Counted from the stretch's first letter, positions 9,596 to 19,788 are shown. The stretch: DNA of 64,000 nucleotides from Vulcanimicrobiota bacterium (GCA_050250895.1 JBFWNU010000004.1:398934-462933), one strand, 5' to 3'. The notes: a model not told the origin generated them from the sequence alone. Numbers and translations: made by a program.

Positions 9596-10558
9596 GTGGC
9601 GATGGCCGACTTCATTGCCCTGGGGACCGAGAAGTGGGACCGGGCCGCCGCTCGGGCCTATCGACTCGAGCGCTTTCTTTATCGCAACCAGGACCTCGAA
9701 CTCAGGCTGCTCAGGTCGGGGCGGGGCCAGCCCTGGGTGAGCAATCCCTACGGCTATGTCGGGGGCCTGGACCGAGCCCGGCCTGAACTCACCCAGGAGC
9801 TGCCTCAGGTGTTGGCCAGGCTGCTGCAGGAAAGCCAAGCCCCCTATGCGCTGTTGCGCACTCTCGAGCCGTTAGGAGGCGAGGTGGCCGAGAAGTTTCA
9901 GGTCGACACCCGCTTTCACACCTTCTTTCTTGACCTCGAGGGTGGCTCTGAGGTGGTCTGGAACACGCGTCTGGCCTCGAAGGTGCGCCGCCAAACGCGC
10001 CGCGGCCTCCGTCAGGGGGTAGTGGCCCGCCTCGGCCAGCTCGACCTTTTCCCAGACTTCTTGCGGGTACTGAGCCAGTGCTGGAGAGACCTGGGTACTC
10101 CCTTTCACACCCCCGCGTTCTTCAAAGCGCTGCTGGCCAACTATGGCCCGGCCGATTCGGCCATCCTGAACCTCTACCAGGGCGAAGAGCCAGTGGCCAC
10201 CGCCCTGCTGGTCATCGCGGGCGATACGCTGTTTTTTCCCTACACCGGCACCCTCAAAGAGGCTCAGCGAAACGGAGTCAACAACGTGCTCTACTGGCGC
10301 ATCATCGAGTTTGGCTGCGCGCGGGGCTGCCGCTGGTGGGATCTGGGGCGCAGCCGCAAAGACTCGAGCCACGCCATCTATAAGCGACCATGGGGGGTCC
10401 AGGAGCGGCCGCTCTACTACAACTATCTGATGGCCCCGGGCGCCGCCATCCAAAACCTGGAAAGCCGCCTGGTGAAGCTAGCCGTCGAGACCTGGAAGCA
10501 TTTGCCGGTAGGCCTGCATCGGGCCCTCGGTCCCCGGCTGATCCGGAGGGTGTTATGA
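9596..10558 (+). CDS. FemAB-like GNAT protein
   Basis: KVRRQTRRG, RDLGTPFH...FF, NNVLYWRIIEFGC, DLGRS, YKRPWG motifs. Confidence 0.8.
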   Translation: MAMADFIALGTEKWDRAAARAYRLERFLYRNQDLELRLLRSGRGQPWVSNPYGYVGGLDRARPELTQELPQVLARLLQESQAPYALLRTLEPLGGEVAEKFQVDTRFHTFFLDLEGGSEVVWNTRLASKVRRQTRRGLRQGVVARLGQLDLFPDFLRVLSQCWRDLGTPFHTPAFFKALLANYGPADSAILNLYQGEEPVATALLVIAGDTLFFPYTGTLKEAQRNGVNNVLYWRIIEFGCARGCRWWDLGRSRKDSSHAIYKRPWGVQERPLYYNYLMAPGAAIQNLESRLVKLAVETWKHLPVGLHRALGPRLIRRVL

Positions 10559-11145
10559 GCTTCACCCAGGCCGATTCGACCACCGATCGGGCCATCCTCG
10601 AGCAGGTAGTCCAACTGCACCTGGCCACCCTGGGCGACCTCTTTCTCAGCCAGCTGGGTTCTTATTTCGTCGACCGTTACTACGACGAACTGCGCCACGA
10701 CGGCGGCTCGCTGCTGGGCCTTTGGATGGACGGTCCGCAAGTGGTGGGTCTGGCCGCTGGCGGCCTGGCTCCCGGTCAGGTCTTTTCGCGGCTGGGTTGG
10801 CGTCGTCTGGAGTTTAGCCTGCAGATGCTACGTGCGCTGGCCAGAAGGCCTCGCCTGCTCGGCCAATTGCTGGCCTCGCTGGGCGGCGTAGAAGACTTAC
10901 CCTCGAGCCAGGTCGAACTGACCTATTTCGCGGTGGCTCCGGCCCGCCAGGGCCAGGGTCTCGGTAAACAGCTGCTCGAGGCTTATGCTCAATGGTGGAC
11001 CGCGCGAGGCATGACGGGGCTTTCTCTGAGCGTTGAAGAAGAGAACCAGGGCGCCTTGCGATTCTACTCTCGTCAGGGCTTCCAAAAACTCGGGGCTCAA
11101 AAGCACGGAGCCTATCAGCGTTATCTACTGAGAAAACCGTTGTGA
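10555..11145 (+). CDS. GNAT N-acetyltransferase
   Basis: FAVAPARQGQGLG acetyl-CoA motif and N..ALRFYSRQGF; ATGA overlap with upstream gene. Confidence 0.85.
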   Translation: MSFTQADSTTDRAILEQVVQLHLATLGDLFLSQLGSYFVDRYYDELRHDGGSLLGLWMDGPQVVGLAAGGLAPGQVFSRLGWRRLEFSLQMLRALARRPRLLGQLLASLGGVEDLPSSQVELTYFAVAPARQGQGLGKQLLEAYAQWWTARGMTGLSLSVEEENQGALRFYSRQGFQKLGAQKHGAYQRYLLRKPL

Positions 11146-11954
11146 GATTTCACGCCGACGACCTGGGCGCCAGCCCCGCCATCACTCGGGCCGTGCTCGA
11201 CTGTTACACGGCCGGGGCGATTTCGAGCTGCAGCGTGCTGATCAATCGCCAACCCTTCGAGCAGCTGGTCGAGGCTTTGCAGCCCCACCCCGGCCTTGGC
11301 CTCAGGCTGCACCTCAATCTGAGCGAAGGCTATGCTCTGACGGAAGCTCCCCGGCTGTGCCGGCCCGACGGCAGCTTTCGTCACTCCTTCCAGAGTCTCG
11401 CCCTGGACTATCTCTTCTCGCCTCAAAGGGCTGAACTCCGGCGCCAGTTGCAGGCTGAACTCGAGGCCCAGTGCCACCGCTACGGCCAGCTGCTGGCAGC
11501 CCTGGGCCGCAGCGCCGAAGTGGGCCTCGACAGTCACGAGCACTTCCACTTTCTGCCCTTTGTCTTTGAAGCCGTGTCCCAACTGGCTGGGCAGTTTGCG
11601 GTGGTGTCGCTGCGCCTGCCTCCCAGGACCGTCTTCCTCAGTCACTTCACTCCGGCCTCGCCGGTGCCGCTGCTCAAAGCGCTGGTGCTGACCGGTCTCG
11701 GCAGGTGGCTGCACTCGCGCTGGCCGTATCAGGCACCTCGGTTGCTGGTCACGGGCACCGTCGATCCCTTCCGACTCGATATCGACCAGGCCGGCGAGGT
11801 GATTTTTCACCCCGGGCAACTGGCCCCCGACGAATCGGGACCTCCTCAGCCGCGATTGGCCAGGGCCTATCGGGCCGAGCATCGCAAGCTCGAGCACGAA
11901 GCTCTGCTTCGCTTCACAGCTGGTCGCGCAGCACGTAACGGGGCCGGGCTTTGA
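11142..11954 (+). CDS. ChbG/HpnK (YdjC) family deacetylase
   Basis: HADDLG, LHLNLSEG, LDSHEHFH, IFHPG motifs. Confidence 0.85.
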   Translation: MRFHADDLGASPAITRAVLDCYTAGAISSCSVLINRQPFEQLVEALQPHPGLGLRLHLNLSEGYALTEAPRLCRPDGSFRHSFQSLALDYLFSPQRAELRRQLQAELEAQCHRYGQLLAALGRSAEVGLDSHEHFHFLPFVFEAVSQLAGQFAVVSLRLPPRTVFLSHFTPASPVPLLKALVLTGLGRWLHSRWPYQAPRLLVTGTVDPFRLDIDQAGEVIFHPGQLAPDESGPPQPRLARAYRAEHRKLEHEALLRFTAGRAARNGAGL

Positions 11955-12831
11955 CCTCTTCGTGGATCCGGCCCACGTAGAGACCGAGAATGGACAGGCC
12001 CAGAAAGTTGAGCCCGCCCGACGAGAGAATCAGAAAGTTGATGGTCGATAGACCGTTGACCGCCTGTCCGGTGAACTTGAGATAAAGGGTCCAGCCGCCC
12101 ACCAGCGAGGCCGGAAAGAGCAGCAGCAATCCGGTCACCAGCAACATGGTGAGGGGAATCGACGAGAAAGCCGTGATGTTATTGATGGCATAGCGCATCA
12201 GCCCGAAGAACGACCACCGCGAGTCGCGACCGGGGATGTCGCGCACCATGAACTGCACCCGAGCCCGGTCGAACCCGAGCCAGTTGGTCACGCCTCGAAA
12301 AAACATATTGCGCTCGGGTAGCCTCAACCAGGCATCGCGGGCTCGGGCGCTGAGCAGCTTGAAGTCGGTCTGCCCCTCGAGATCGGTGCCACACATCAGG
12401 TTGAACACCTTGTAGAAGAGCCTGGCTCGGGTGCGGCTGAAGTAGCCCTCGTTAGGAGAGCGCATCTTGATGCCCTCGACGAGATCGCAGGCTTGCTCTT
12501 GCCAGGTCCTGACCATCTCGGGAATGAGCTCGGGGGGATGCTGCAAATCGCCGTCGATCGTCACGAAGGCCTCGCCTTCGGCGAACTCGAGGCCGGCACA
12601 CAAAGCCGCCTCCTTGCCAAAGTTGCGACTCAGTCGCAAGGCCCGCAAAGGGTATTTCTCTTGGAGCTCGGTTAGAGCCGCCCAGGTCCCATCGGTTGAT
12701 CCGTCATCCACCACCAGACACTGGTAATCGAGGTCTTTGAGGTGGATGTCGAGCTGCTCGAGCAGGGCCGGCAGCCCACTGGCCTCGTTATAGATCGGGA
12801 CAATCACGCACAGAGTCGGCACAGAGCTCAT
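11914..12831 (-). CDS. GT2 polyprenol-phosphate glycosyltransferase (GtrB-like)
   Basis: IVPIYNE, VDDGSTD, LSRNFGKEAAL, IDGDLQHPP, two C-terminal TM helices, EEVKARPRY. Confidence 0.9.
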   Translation of the reverse strand: MSSVPTLCVIVPIYNEASGLPALLEQLDIHLKDLDYQCLVVDDGSTDGTWAALTELQEKYPLRALRLSRNFGKEAALCAGLEFAEGEAFVTIDGDLQHPPELIPEMVRTWQEQACDLVEGIKMRSPNEGYFSRTRARLFYKVFNLMCGTDLEGQTDFKLLSARARDAWLRLPERNMFFRGVTNWLGFDRARVQFMVRDIPGRDSRWSFFGLMRYAINNITAFSSIPLTMLLVTGLLLLFPASLVGGWTLYLKFTGQAVNGLSTINFLILSSGGLNFLGLSILGLYVGRIHEEVKARPRYVLRDQL

Positions 12832-12921
12832 CGTTCAAGGTTCGAATTCGCCCACATAGCCCCTGCGCTCGAGCGCTGCTTTGTCGGCAGGAACTGCTTG
12901 CAGCGACAGGAACCGGTTGCG

Positions 12922-14619
12922 ATGACCAGGGTTCGACCGCTACCGGTGATTCTTTGCGCCTTCATGCTGGTCACGTTCCCTCTGCGTCTGCGCGAACACG
13001 ATACCTTTCAAGTCGAGTTCGATCAGGCCAACATCCAGCAATATCTGTGGCTGATGGCCCACGGCCAACGACCCTATGGCACGCTGGCCGAGAGTCACGC
13101 CTTCGGCGATCACTTCGACCCCGTCCTCTATCTCTTCTGCCTGCCCTTCCGCTGGCTCCCCAGCTTCGAACTCTATCTGCTGATGCACCTGGGCCTCATG
13201 CTGGTCGGTGGAGTGGCCGTCTTTCGTCTGGCCCATCGCAAGCTCGAGTCAGAATGGCTGGCGGCCGCCTGCACCATGGCCTACATGTTCAATCCCCTTA
13301 CGTTGGGCGTGAGCCTCTATCCCCTACCCCATGTGGCCGTCGGGCTGGCAGCCTTCCTGTGGGCTCTGGCCCTGGACTGCGACCCTCGTGCCCTGGCGGT
13401 AGGCCTGCTGGTGGCGGCGGCCAGTGTCGAAATGGCTCTACTTCCATTCCTGGGTCTGGCCCTTTACCTCCTCAGCCAGAAAGAGTACAAGAAAGGACTG
13501 GTGTTGGCCGCGGCCAGCCTGTTCTTGATGGTCCTGCTCACCCAGGTGGTCACCCCCACCTTCGGGGCCGTCGGGCAGCACGCCGGGCTGGACCGCCAAT
13601 TCGGTCGCTTCGACTATCTCAAGCAAGATGTGGCCGGGCTGCCGGGCCGGCTGGCCACTCATGCCGCCGCCTTTTGGAGCCTGGATCGAACCTTGCTGGC
13701 CCAGATGTTCTTGGCCACGGCCGGGCTTTTCGTGTTGGCCCTGCCGGCCTGCCTGGCCTTCTTGCCAGGGCTGATCATCAATCTGGCTGCCGACTTCTGG
13801 GGGATGCACAGCGTCTTTTTGCACTATCAGGCCATCGTGGTAGGCGGGCTCTACTTCGCGGCCATCTGCGGCCTCGAGCGTTTGGGCGACCAGCACCGGT
13901 CCAGGGCGGCGGTGTTCCTGCTGGTAGGCACAGCCGGGTCGCTTTTGTTGGGCAACCCGCTGGCCGGCCGGGTCGGGCAATCACCAGAACGCGTCGCTCA
14001 ACTCAGCACGGCCCTGGACCGGCTGCCTCCCCAGGCCTCGGTCCTGGCGCCGGCCTCCACCGTCTCGCACCTGGCCTTTCGCCCCCAGGTCTACAGCCTG
14101 CCCTCGCTGACCGAGACGCCATCCTGGCAGAGTTCGGCCGCCCACCAGGCACAGGTCGACTGGATCCTGCTCGATCTCGACGGGCTGGGCTTTCCCTGGC
14201 GCAAAGACATGCTCAACCTCAAGGCCCAACAGATTTTGCAAGACCCCGACTACGGTTTTCACTCAGCCATCGGGCGCCTGGTCCTGCTCGAACGGGGCAA
14301 CACCACCCCTTTACCCGAAGGCCTGGTCAAGGTGATCCCGACCTATTCGAGTCTGGAACTGGTGAACGCTTACCTGGCAGGGGGCTTCCCCGAACAGGCT
14401 CAGGCCGAACTCGACCGCCTGCTGGGCCAGGCCGAGTCGCCGGTCTTGTGCTACTGGCAGGGGCGCATCTTCCAGCAGCAGCGGGCGGTCGAGAAATCGA
14501 ACCAGTGGTTCGAACGGGCCCTCGAACAGGGTCCTTCCGACGACCTGCGCCAGGAGTTGCTGGCCCAGCTCGAGACCAACCGGCGGGGCTACGTTCCCCA
14601 GATCGCGCCGCGATACTAA
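12922..14619 (+). CDS. DUF2079-like multi-TM protein (putative GT-C) with C-terminal TPR
   Basis: FD..NIQQ.LW, FGDHFDP, FLHY motifs; many TM helices; TPR-like tail. Confidence 0.7.
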   Translation: MTRVRPLPVILCAFMLVTFPLRLREHDTFQVEFDQANIQQYLWLMAHGQRPYGTLAESHAFGDHFDPVLYLFCLPFRWLPSFELYLLMHLGLMLVGGVAVFRLAHRKLESEWLAAACTMAYMFNPLTLGVSLYPLPHVAVGLAAFLWALALDCDPRALAVGLLVAAASVEMALLPFLGLALYLLSQKEYKKGLVLAAASLFLMVLLTQVVTPTFGAVGQHAGLDRQFGRFDYLKQDVAGLPGRLATHAAAFWSLDRTLLAQMFLATAGLFVLALPACLAFLPGLIINLAADFWGMHSVFLHYQAIVVGGLYFAAICGLERLGDQHRSRAAVFLLVGTAGSLLLGNPLAGRVGQSPERVAQLSTALDRLPPQASVLAPASTVSHLAFRPQVYSLPSLTETPSWQSSAAHQAQVDWILLDLDGLGFPWRKDMLNLKAQQILQDPDYGFHSAIGRLVLLERGNTTPLPEGLVKVIPTYSSLELVNAYLAGGFPEQAQAELDRLLGQAESPVLCYWQGRIFQQQRAVEKSNQWFERALEQGPSDDLRQELLAQLETNRRGYVPQIAPRY

Positions 14620-16235
14620 CGGGCGGGAAAGCGATAGACCTGGTAGACCCAGATCTGGGCAATCTTGTCGGCCCCGGCGGTCAGGCGCTCGAGGAGTCTG
14701 GCTTCTTCCTTCTGATACAGGTCGGGGTCCATGCTGGGGTATTCGGCCCGAATGCTCGAAGCGGTCGAGAGAAAGAGCACTCCACAGCGGTCGGCCGCTC
14801 GGATCTGTCGCTCAGCTTTTTCGAAGGCCTCTTCCGGATAATAGAGGGGAACCAGGCTCTCGAAATCGGTGGGGTTGTGGGCTCCCACCAACCAGACCAG
14901 CTGGGGAAGCTCGGGAAAGGCGAAGAGGTTCTGGCCGGCAAACTGCTGGGTCAAAACGTTGCTCAACTGCTGGGTGGCCGCGGCCACTTGAGGATCGTTG
15001 GCATACAGGGTGCCGCGCGGAAAGCGAATAGGATAGCGGTATGGGCCCCAGCCGATGACATTGTCGAGGCCGTGCGTCAAGAACACGGTCACCACACACG
15101 CGGCCACTGTCCTGGCCAGGCGGGGATAGGCCGATTGAAGCCAATAGAGCAGGTAGGCCAGCGCGGGATACCAGGCCACCGTCAAAAAATTAAAGTGGTA
15201 ACGAGTGGCCCGGGCCATGGCAAAATAGGTCGAGACCCACAACAGGAGCAGCAACCCCAGTAGCAAGCTCCGGCCGGCATCGTCGAGAGCCTGGGAGTGA
15301 CGCAGCCTGGTCGCGTAGACCACGGTGAGCACGATCAGGACCGGGAAAAAGCCGGTATACTTCACTAGATCCACTCCGGCAAAGGCGGCGGCCCGCACGA
15401 ACCAGACCAGCCAGCTAACGATGGACGGATTGCCGAACTGGGAGAGCCCCGAAGAAAGCGTCTGGAAATGTCCGAGGGCCAGCCCCCAGTCGAACGGATA
15501 GCCCTGGACGGCTTTGTATTCGAGCACGTTGAACAGGATCGCCTGAGACCAGAAGTCGCCAAAGACGCCCCGCCAGAGCATCCAGCCGACAAAGAGGGCT
15601 CCCGGGATAGCCGCGCCGGCCACCAGATAGGCCAAACGCTCGAGCCGCGCCTCCTGGCTGACCACCACCATGAGCGCCAGGGCCAGGCAGACAGCCACTC
15701 CCCGCGGTTGCAGATAGAGCACGGTCAGCCCGGCGAGAAGACCTGCCCCCAGTTGGTGGCGGGGCTGGCTGGCGTAAGCCGAACAGAGGAGGGCGAGCAG
15801 AGCGGGGATCGAGGCATCCCAGTGATAGACAGCCATGGGGAACATCTGGCCCCCCACACAGGCGAACATCAGCGGCGGGATGGCCGACCAGAGCCGAGGC
15901 ATGAGGCAGCGACTGACCAGCCAGACGGCCACGCAAAGCAGGCACAGCGACAGCATGAAGTAGAGCCGGGCCACCCAGATCTGCTCGCCCAGGGCGAGAA
16001 AGAAGATTTTCAGACCGAACGGCGTCCCCGGCATGAAGCGCATGAAGAAGTCGCGATAGGGAAGTTGCCCCTGGTTGAGGCGCGAGGCCCACTCGAGCAT
16101 GTTACCCTCGTCTTGCAGCACCAGGTAGGCCGAACGAGAGGGCCAGATGGCCGCCAGTTGCAGCCAGAAGACGAGGGCCGAGCCCTTGACCAATTCGGAG
16201 GCCGACGGCGTCTGGTAGGAGCGCGATTCGGTCAT
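14616..16235 (-). CDS. ArnT/PMT-like GT-C membrane glycosyltransferase
   Basis: QDEG...GQLPYRDFF..PG first-loop motif; polytopic membrane protein. Confidence 0.7.
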   Translation of the reverse strand: MTESRSYQTPSASELVKGSALVFWLQLAAIWPSRSAYLVLQDEGNMLEWASRLNQGQLPYRDFFMRFMPGTPFGLKIFFLALGEQIWVARLYFMLSLCLLCVAVWLVSRCLMPRLWSAIPPLMFACVGGQMFPMAVYHWDASIPALLALLCSAYASQPRHQLGAGLLAGLTVLYLQPRGVAVCLALALMVVVSQEARLERLAYLVAGAAIPGALFVGWMLWRGVFGDFWSQAILFNVLEYKAVQGYPFDWGLALGHFQTLSSGLSQFGNPSIVSWLVWFVRAAAFAGVDLVKYTGFFPVLIVLTVVYATRLRHSQALDDAGRSLLLGLLLLLWVSTYFAMARATRYHFNFLTVAWYPALAYLLYWLQSAYPRLARTVAACVVTVFLTHGLDNVIGWGPYRYPIRFPRGTLYANDPQVAAATQQLSNVLTQQFAGQNLFAFPELPQLVWLVGAHNPTDFESLVPLYYPEEAFEKAERQIRAADRCGVLFLSTASSIRAEYPSMDPDLYQKEEARLLERLTAGADKIAQIWVYQVYRFPAR

Positions 16236-16238
16236 GGA

Positions 16239-17897
16239 CTAGCGCGCCCCTGACGGGGGAGGAACGGGCCGCGTCCAGAGAGGAATCTCGGTCTCCTTGA
16301 TGATCTCGATGGTGGGATAGGTGAAGTACTCGACATCGACGGCCGTCAGGCTCACCAGCGGCTCCTGGCCCTGGTACGAGCCTTCGGGACGACGCACGAA
16401 GAAGTGATTGGGCGCCTGCAACCAGTTGAGCACTCGCAGCGGCCAGGAACGCTTGTAGCTGTAGCGATTATGGGTGTAGTAGACCAGAAACTCGGTAAAG
16501 CGACGGCTGGTCTCTTCGGAATAGCGGTCCTCGCCAAAGGCGGCCTTCACCTTGGGGAGCTGGGCGGGTTCGACCTGGTTGAGAAACCGGGCCACCACCG
16601 GCGAGTGGGTGGCTCCGTAGGTCTCGACCAGCCTCGGTTCGGAGCGAAGAAAGAAAAAACGGCTCTGGACCATCTCGAGTTCGTAGAGAGAAAAGTCGGA
16701 GGGAGCCAGCTCATAGGTCTGACCACTGGCGCCGGTGCCGACGAGCCGAAATCGATTGACGAAGGGCGTGTCGTACCAGAAGAAGCTGGTGGGCAGCAAG
16801 AAGAAGATGCCCAGGCAGTACATCGCCAACCACAGACCGCGGTGATAGCGGTTGAAGATGGGCCTCAGAAAGCGACCGCGGCCTCGCCAGAGAACGAAGA
16901 TCAGGACCAGATCGAGCAACATCCAGGTCCAGAAGAAGATCCCGCTGGTCACCAGGATCAGCGCGTGCAGCCCGATGACGCCGACCAGGCCCAGTTGAGC
17001 GCTGCGACGTCCCCAGATCAGCAGGATACCGCCCAACTCGAGCAGCAAGGCGCCGACCTGCATAGGCACGGCGAAGACCGACATCGACCGGGCTACGCTC
17101 TCGATCTCGGCCTGGTTCATCCAGGTGTGCATGCGGTAGATCCAGCCGGCCGGGAGCAGGTGGCTCATATCGTTGCCCAGCACCCAACGCAGGCCGCCCG
17201 CATAGAAGATCTTGCCGACTCCGGCGTTGAAATAGAAAAATCCCGTCAGGGCGATGGCCAAAAAGACGAAAAAGCGCCGGTTGAGCTTGAGGCAGTATTG
17301 CACCGGCAGATAGGCTGCGAACAGGATCATCATATCCCAGGGCAGGCGCTTGTCGAGCAAAAACCAGAAGTAGCCAAAGACCGGAAAGCGAAACTGCAGA
17401 CTGATGGTGGTGATGGTGGCGATAAAGGGATAGATGAACAGCGGGTGCCTCCACAGGGCCAGCCAGAGCACGATGAGGCAGAGGCGGTCGCCCAGGTGCT
17501 CTTGCCCGAAGAAATAGTTCATCTGATAGGCGCTAAAGATCCAGGTCAGAATGGCGGTGGTGGCCAGAACGATGATGCGAGCGTTGCCGCTGGGGTCGAT
17601 AGCCTCCCAGCTCAGCTCGTCTTTGACGTGATACGAAATGATGACGAACAGGCCGGCCAGAGCCAGCACCAGGGGCCTTTTGAGTTGCTCCCACATGAGA
17701 AAGGGAGCGCGAAAAACCGCCTCATCAAGACCCAGTACGCTCTGGGACATGATCCAGACGAGATTGAATAGAAGGATGACCGCCACCATCGCGAGCAGGC
17801 CTTTGGAGCGGAGAAAACGGCTCACGGCCCTTCGATTCCGTGTCGCCAGGGGAAGAACCTCTCCTGGAACTCTGGCCACCACGAGCTGGTTATGCAT
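16239..17897 (-). CDS. Polytopic membrane protein (HTTM/VKGC-like)
   Basis: YFNAGVGK, LLLELG, LHALI..TSGIFFW motifs; true start is probably downstream (17825 or 17789). Confidence 0.6.
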   Translation of the reverse strand: MHNQLVVARVPGEVLPLATRNRRAVSRFLRSKGLLAMVAVILLFNLVWIMSQSVLGLDEAVFRAPFLMWEQLKRPLVLALAGLFVIISYHVKDELSWEAIDPSGNARIIVLATTAILTWIFSAYQMNYFFGQEHLGDRLCLIVLWLALWRHPLFIYPFIATITTISLQFRFPVFGYFWFLLDKRLPWDMMILFAAYLPVQYCLKLNRRFFVFLAIALTGFFYFNAGVGKIFYAGGLRWVLGNDMSHLLPAGWIYRMHTWMNQAEIESVARSMSVFAVPMQVGALLLELGGILLIWGRRSAQLGLVGVIGLHALILVTSGIFFWTWMLLDLVLIFVLWRGRGRFLRPIFNRYHRGLWLAMYCLGIFFLLPTSFFWYDTPFVNRFRLVGTGASGQTYELAPSDFSLYELEMVQSRFFFLRSEPRLVETYGATHSPVVARFLNQVEPAQLPKVKAAFGEDRYSEETSRRFTEFLVYYTHNRYSYKRSWPLRVLNWLQAPNHFFVRRPEGSYQGQEPLVSLTAVDVEYFTYPTIEIIKETEIPLWTRPVPPPSGAR

Positions 17898-18350
17898 CAG
17901 GTGAGACTTTTGCTGAGCACGATCCTGGTGGCCCTGGTGGCGTGGTGGCTATGGCCCGTCCCCGAGCCCGATTGGGCTCACCTGAGCGACCAGCAGTGGC
18001 AGCAACGCTTGAGCGCCGAACAATACCACATCCTTCGCGAGGGTGGCACCGAACCGCCCGGCACCGGCCTCTATGCCAAGCCGGGCCAGCCAGGCACGTT
18101 TCGCTGTGCCGGCTGCGGCCAGCCCCTGTTTGCCAGCCAGAAGCAGTACGACTCGGGCACCGGCTGGCCCAGCTTTACCCAGCCCCTCGAGGGGGCTGTC
18201 GACCACCACCAGGACAATACTTTCATGTTCGCCCAGGTCGAAGTGCGCTGCGGCCGCTGCCTGGGTCATCTGGGACACGTCTTTCCCGACGGTCCTAAGC
18301 CGACCGGAACGCGCTACTGCATCAATTCGCTGGCCCTCGAGCTAGAATAG
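17892..18350 (+). CDS. msrB: Peptide-methionine (R)-S-oxide reductase MsrB with N-terminal anchor
   Basis: GTEPP, CAGC, YDSGTGWPSF, HLGHVFPDGP, RYCINS. Confidence 0.93.
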   Translation: MHQVRLLLSTILVALVAWWLWPVPEPDWAHLSDQQWQQRLSAEQYHILREGGTEPPGTGLYAKPGQPGTFRCAGCGQPLFASQKQYDSGTGWPSFTQPLEGAVDHHQDNTFMFAQVEVRCGRCLGHLGHVFPDGPKPTGTRYCINSLALELE

Positions 18351-19555
18351 GCACCGAAGGCCAGCACGGCGTTGAGCCCGCCGAAGGCGAAAGAATTGGA
18401 AATCGCTTTCTGGACGGGGGCTTCGAGAGCCTGATTGGCCACTACCTTGACCCGACATTCCGGATCGTCTTGCTGATGATGGATGGTGGGAGGGACCAGC
18501 CCATGATGCAGGGCCAGCAGAGTGGCGCACGCCTCCAACGCCCCGGCCGCCCCCAGCGCGTGGCCGTGCATCGACTTGGTCGAGGTGACCAGCAGTTGGT
18601 CGGCATGCTCCCCGAACACCTCACGGATGGCACTCGACTCGGTGGCGTCGTTGAGCGGAGTGCCGGTGCCGTGGGCGTTGATATGGTCGATCTCGGTCGG
18701 GACGAGCCCTGCATCGGACAGGGCCGCCCGCATGGCCAGGGCCGCTCCCTCGGCCAGAGGCCGCACCACGTGGTGGGCGTCGGCGCTCATGCCAAAACCC
18801 AGCACCTCGCCATAGATCCGGGCCCCCCGGGCCTGAGCCAGGCTCAACTCCTCGAGCATCAGCACAGCCCCGCCTTCGCCCAGGCTCAAGCCCTGGCGGT
18901 CGGCCGAAAAGGGTCGGCAAGGTTCAGGGTCGACCGCTCGGGTCGCTTCCCAGGCGCGCAAGTTGCCCAGGGCAAAGGGGGCTTCGCTGCCTCCGGCCAG
19001 GGCCCGGTCGATCACTCCCTGGCGGATCATCCAAAAGGCCATGCCGATGGCGTGATTGGCCGAGGAGCAAGCCGTGGAAAGGGTAAAACACGGTCCCATC
19101 AGCCCTGTCTCGGCGGCCAATCCGCTGGCGCCCGAGTTAGCCATGACCCGGGGCACCGTCAGCGGAATGACCCGCGGACGATTCTGGATATACAGGCGCT
19201 GGCTCTCTTCGTCCTGGGTCATCTGGCCGGCGCTGGCCGTAGCCGACACGATGGCCGTGCGCACCCGGTCTTCGGGACCGGGCTCGAAACCAGAATCGGC
19301 CAGGGCCTGGCGCCCGGCCAACACGTAATACTGCCCAAAAGGGTCGAGTGAAGCCAGGGCCGACTTCTCGAAATGGGCGCTGCCGTCCCAATCGGGCATC
19401 CAGGCCGCCGTCTTGATGCGCAACTCGGGAAAGCGCGTGAAAGGCGTGATGGCGCAGACACCGGAGGTGAGCCCCTGCCAGAAGTCAGGCCAGCCCAAGC
19501 CCAGGGGACTGACCACGCCAAGCCCGGTGACTACCACCCGCCGGGCTGGCATCAC
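18314..19555 (-). CDS. fabF: Beta-ketoacyl-ACP synthase II (FabF/NodE-like)
   Basis: RRVVVTGLG, STACSS, NAHGTGT..ND, TKSMHGH, SNSFAFGG. Confidence 0.9.
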   Translation of the reverse strand: MMPARRVVVTGLGVVSPLGLGWPDFWQGLTSGVCAITPFTRFPELRIKTAAWMPDWDGSAHFEKSALASLDPFGQYYVLAGRQALADSGFEPGPEDRVRTAIVSATASAGQMTQDEESQRLYIQNRPRVIPLTVPRVMANSGASGLAAETGLMGPCFTLSTACSSANHAIGMAFWMIRQGVIDRALAGGSEAPFALGNLRAWEATRAVDPEPCRPFSADRQGLSLGEGGAVLMLEELSLAQARGARIYGEVLGFGMSADAHHVVRPLAEGAALAMRAALSDAGLVPTEIDHINAHGTGTPLNDATESSAIREVFGEHADQLLVTSTKSMHGHALGAAGALEACATLLALHHGLVPPTIHHQQDDPECRVKVVANQALEAPVQKAISNSFAFGGLNAVLAFGAYSSSRASELMQ

Positions 19556-19788
19556 TCAGTCTGCAACCCCCGCACCAATTCGATGAGGTCGTTGACGGTG
19601 TTCACGTCACGGGCGCCCTGATCAGGAATCGAGAGGTCGAACTCTTCTTCGAGATTGAAAATGATCTCCATCGAGACAATCGAATCAAAGCCGATCTCGT
19701 CGAACGGCTGGTCCAACGGAATGTCGGAAGGACTGAGATCAACACGCTCGGCGACGACCGCCAAGACCCTGTTCGCCAATGGATCCAC
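19552..19788 (-). CDS. Acyl carrier protein
   Basis: IGFDSIVSMEIIFNLEEEFDLSIPD (Ppant Ser); probable GTG start at 19788; stop overlaps the KAS start. Confidence 0.88.
   Translation of the reverse strand: MDPLANRVLAVVAERVDLSPSDIPLDQPFDEIGFDSIVSMEIIFNLEEEFDLSIPDQGARDVNTVNDLIELVRGLQTE

Noticed and set aside
12954-15263. 769-aa plus-strand ORF and other long shadow ORFs (e.g. 16404-17771, 5277-6458)
   Set aside because: They overlap well-supported genes in other frames or strands and have no motifs, as expected from high-GC stop-codon scarcity.
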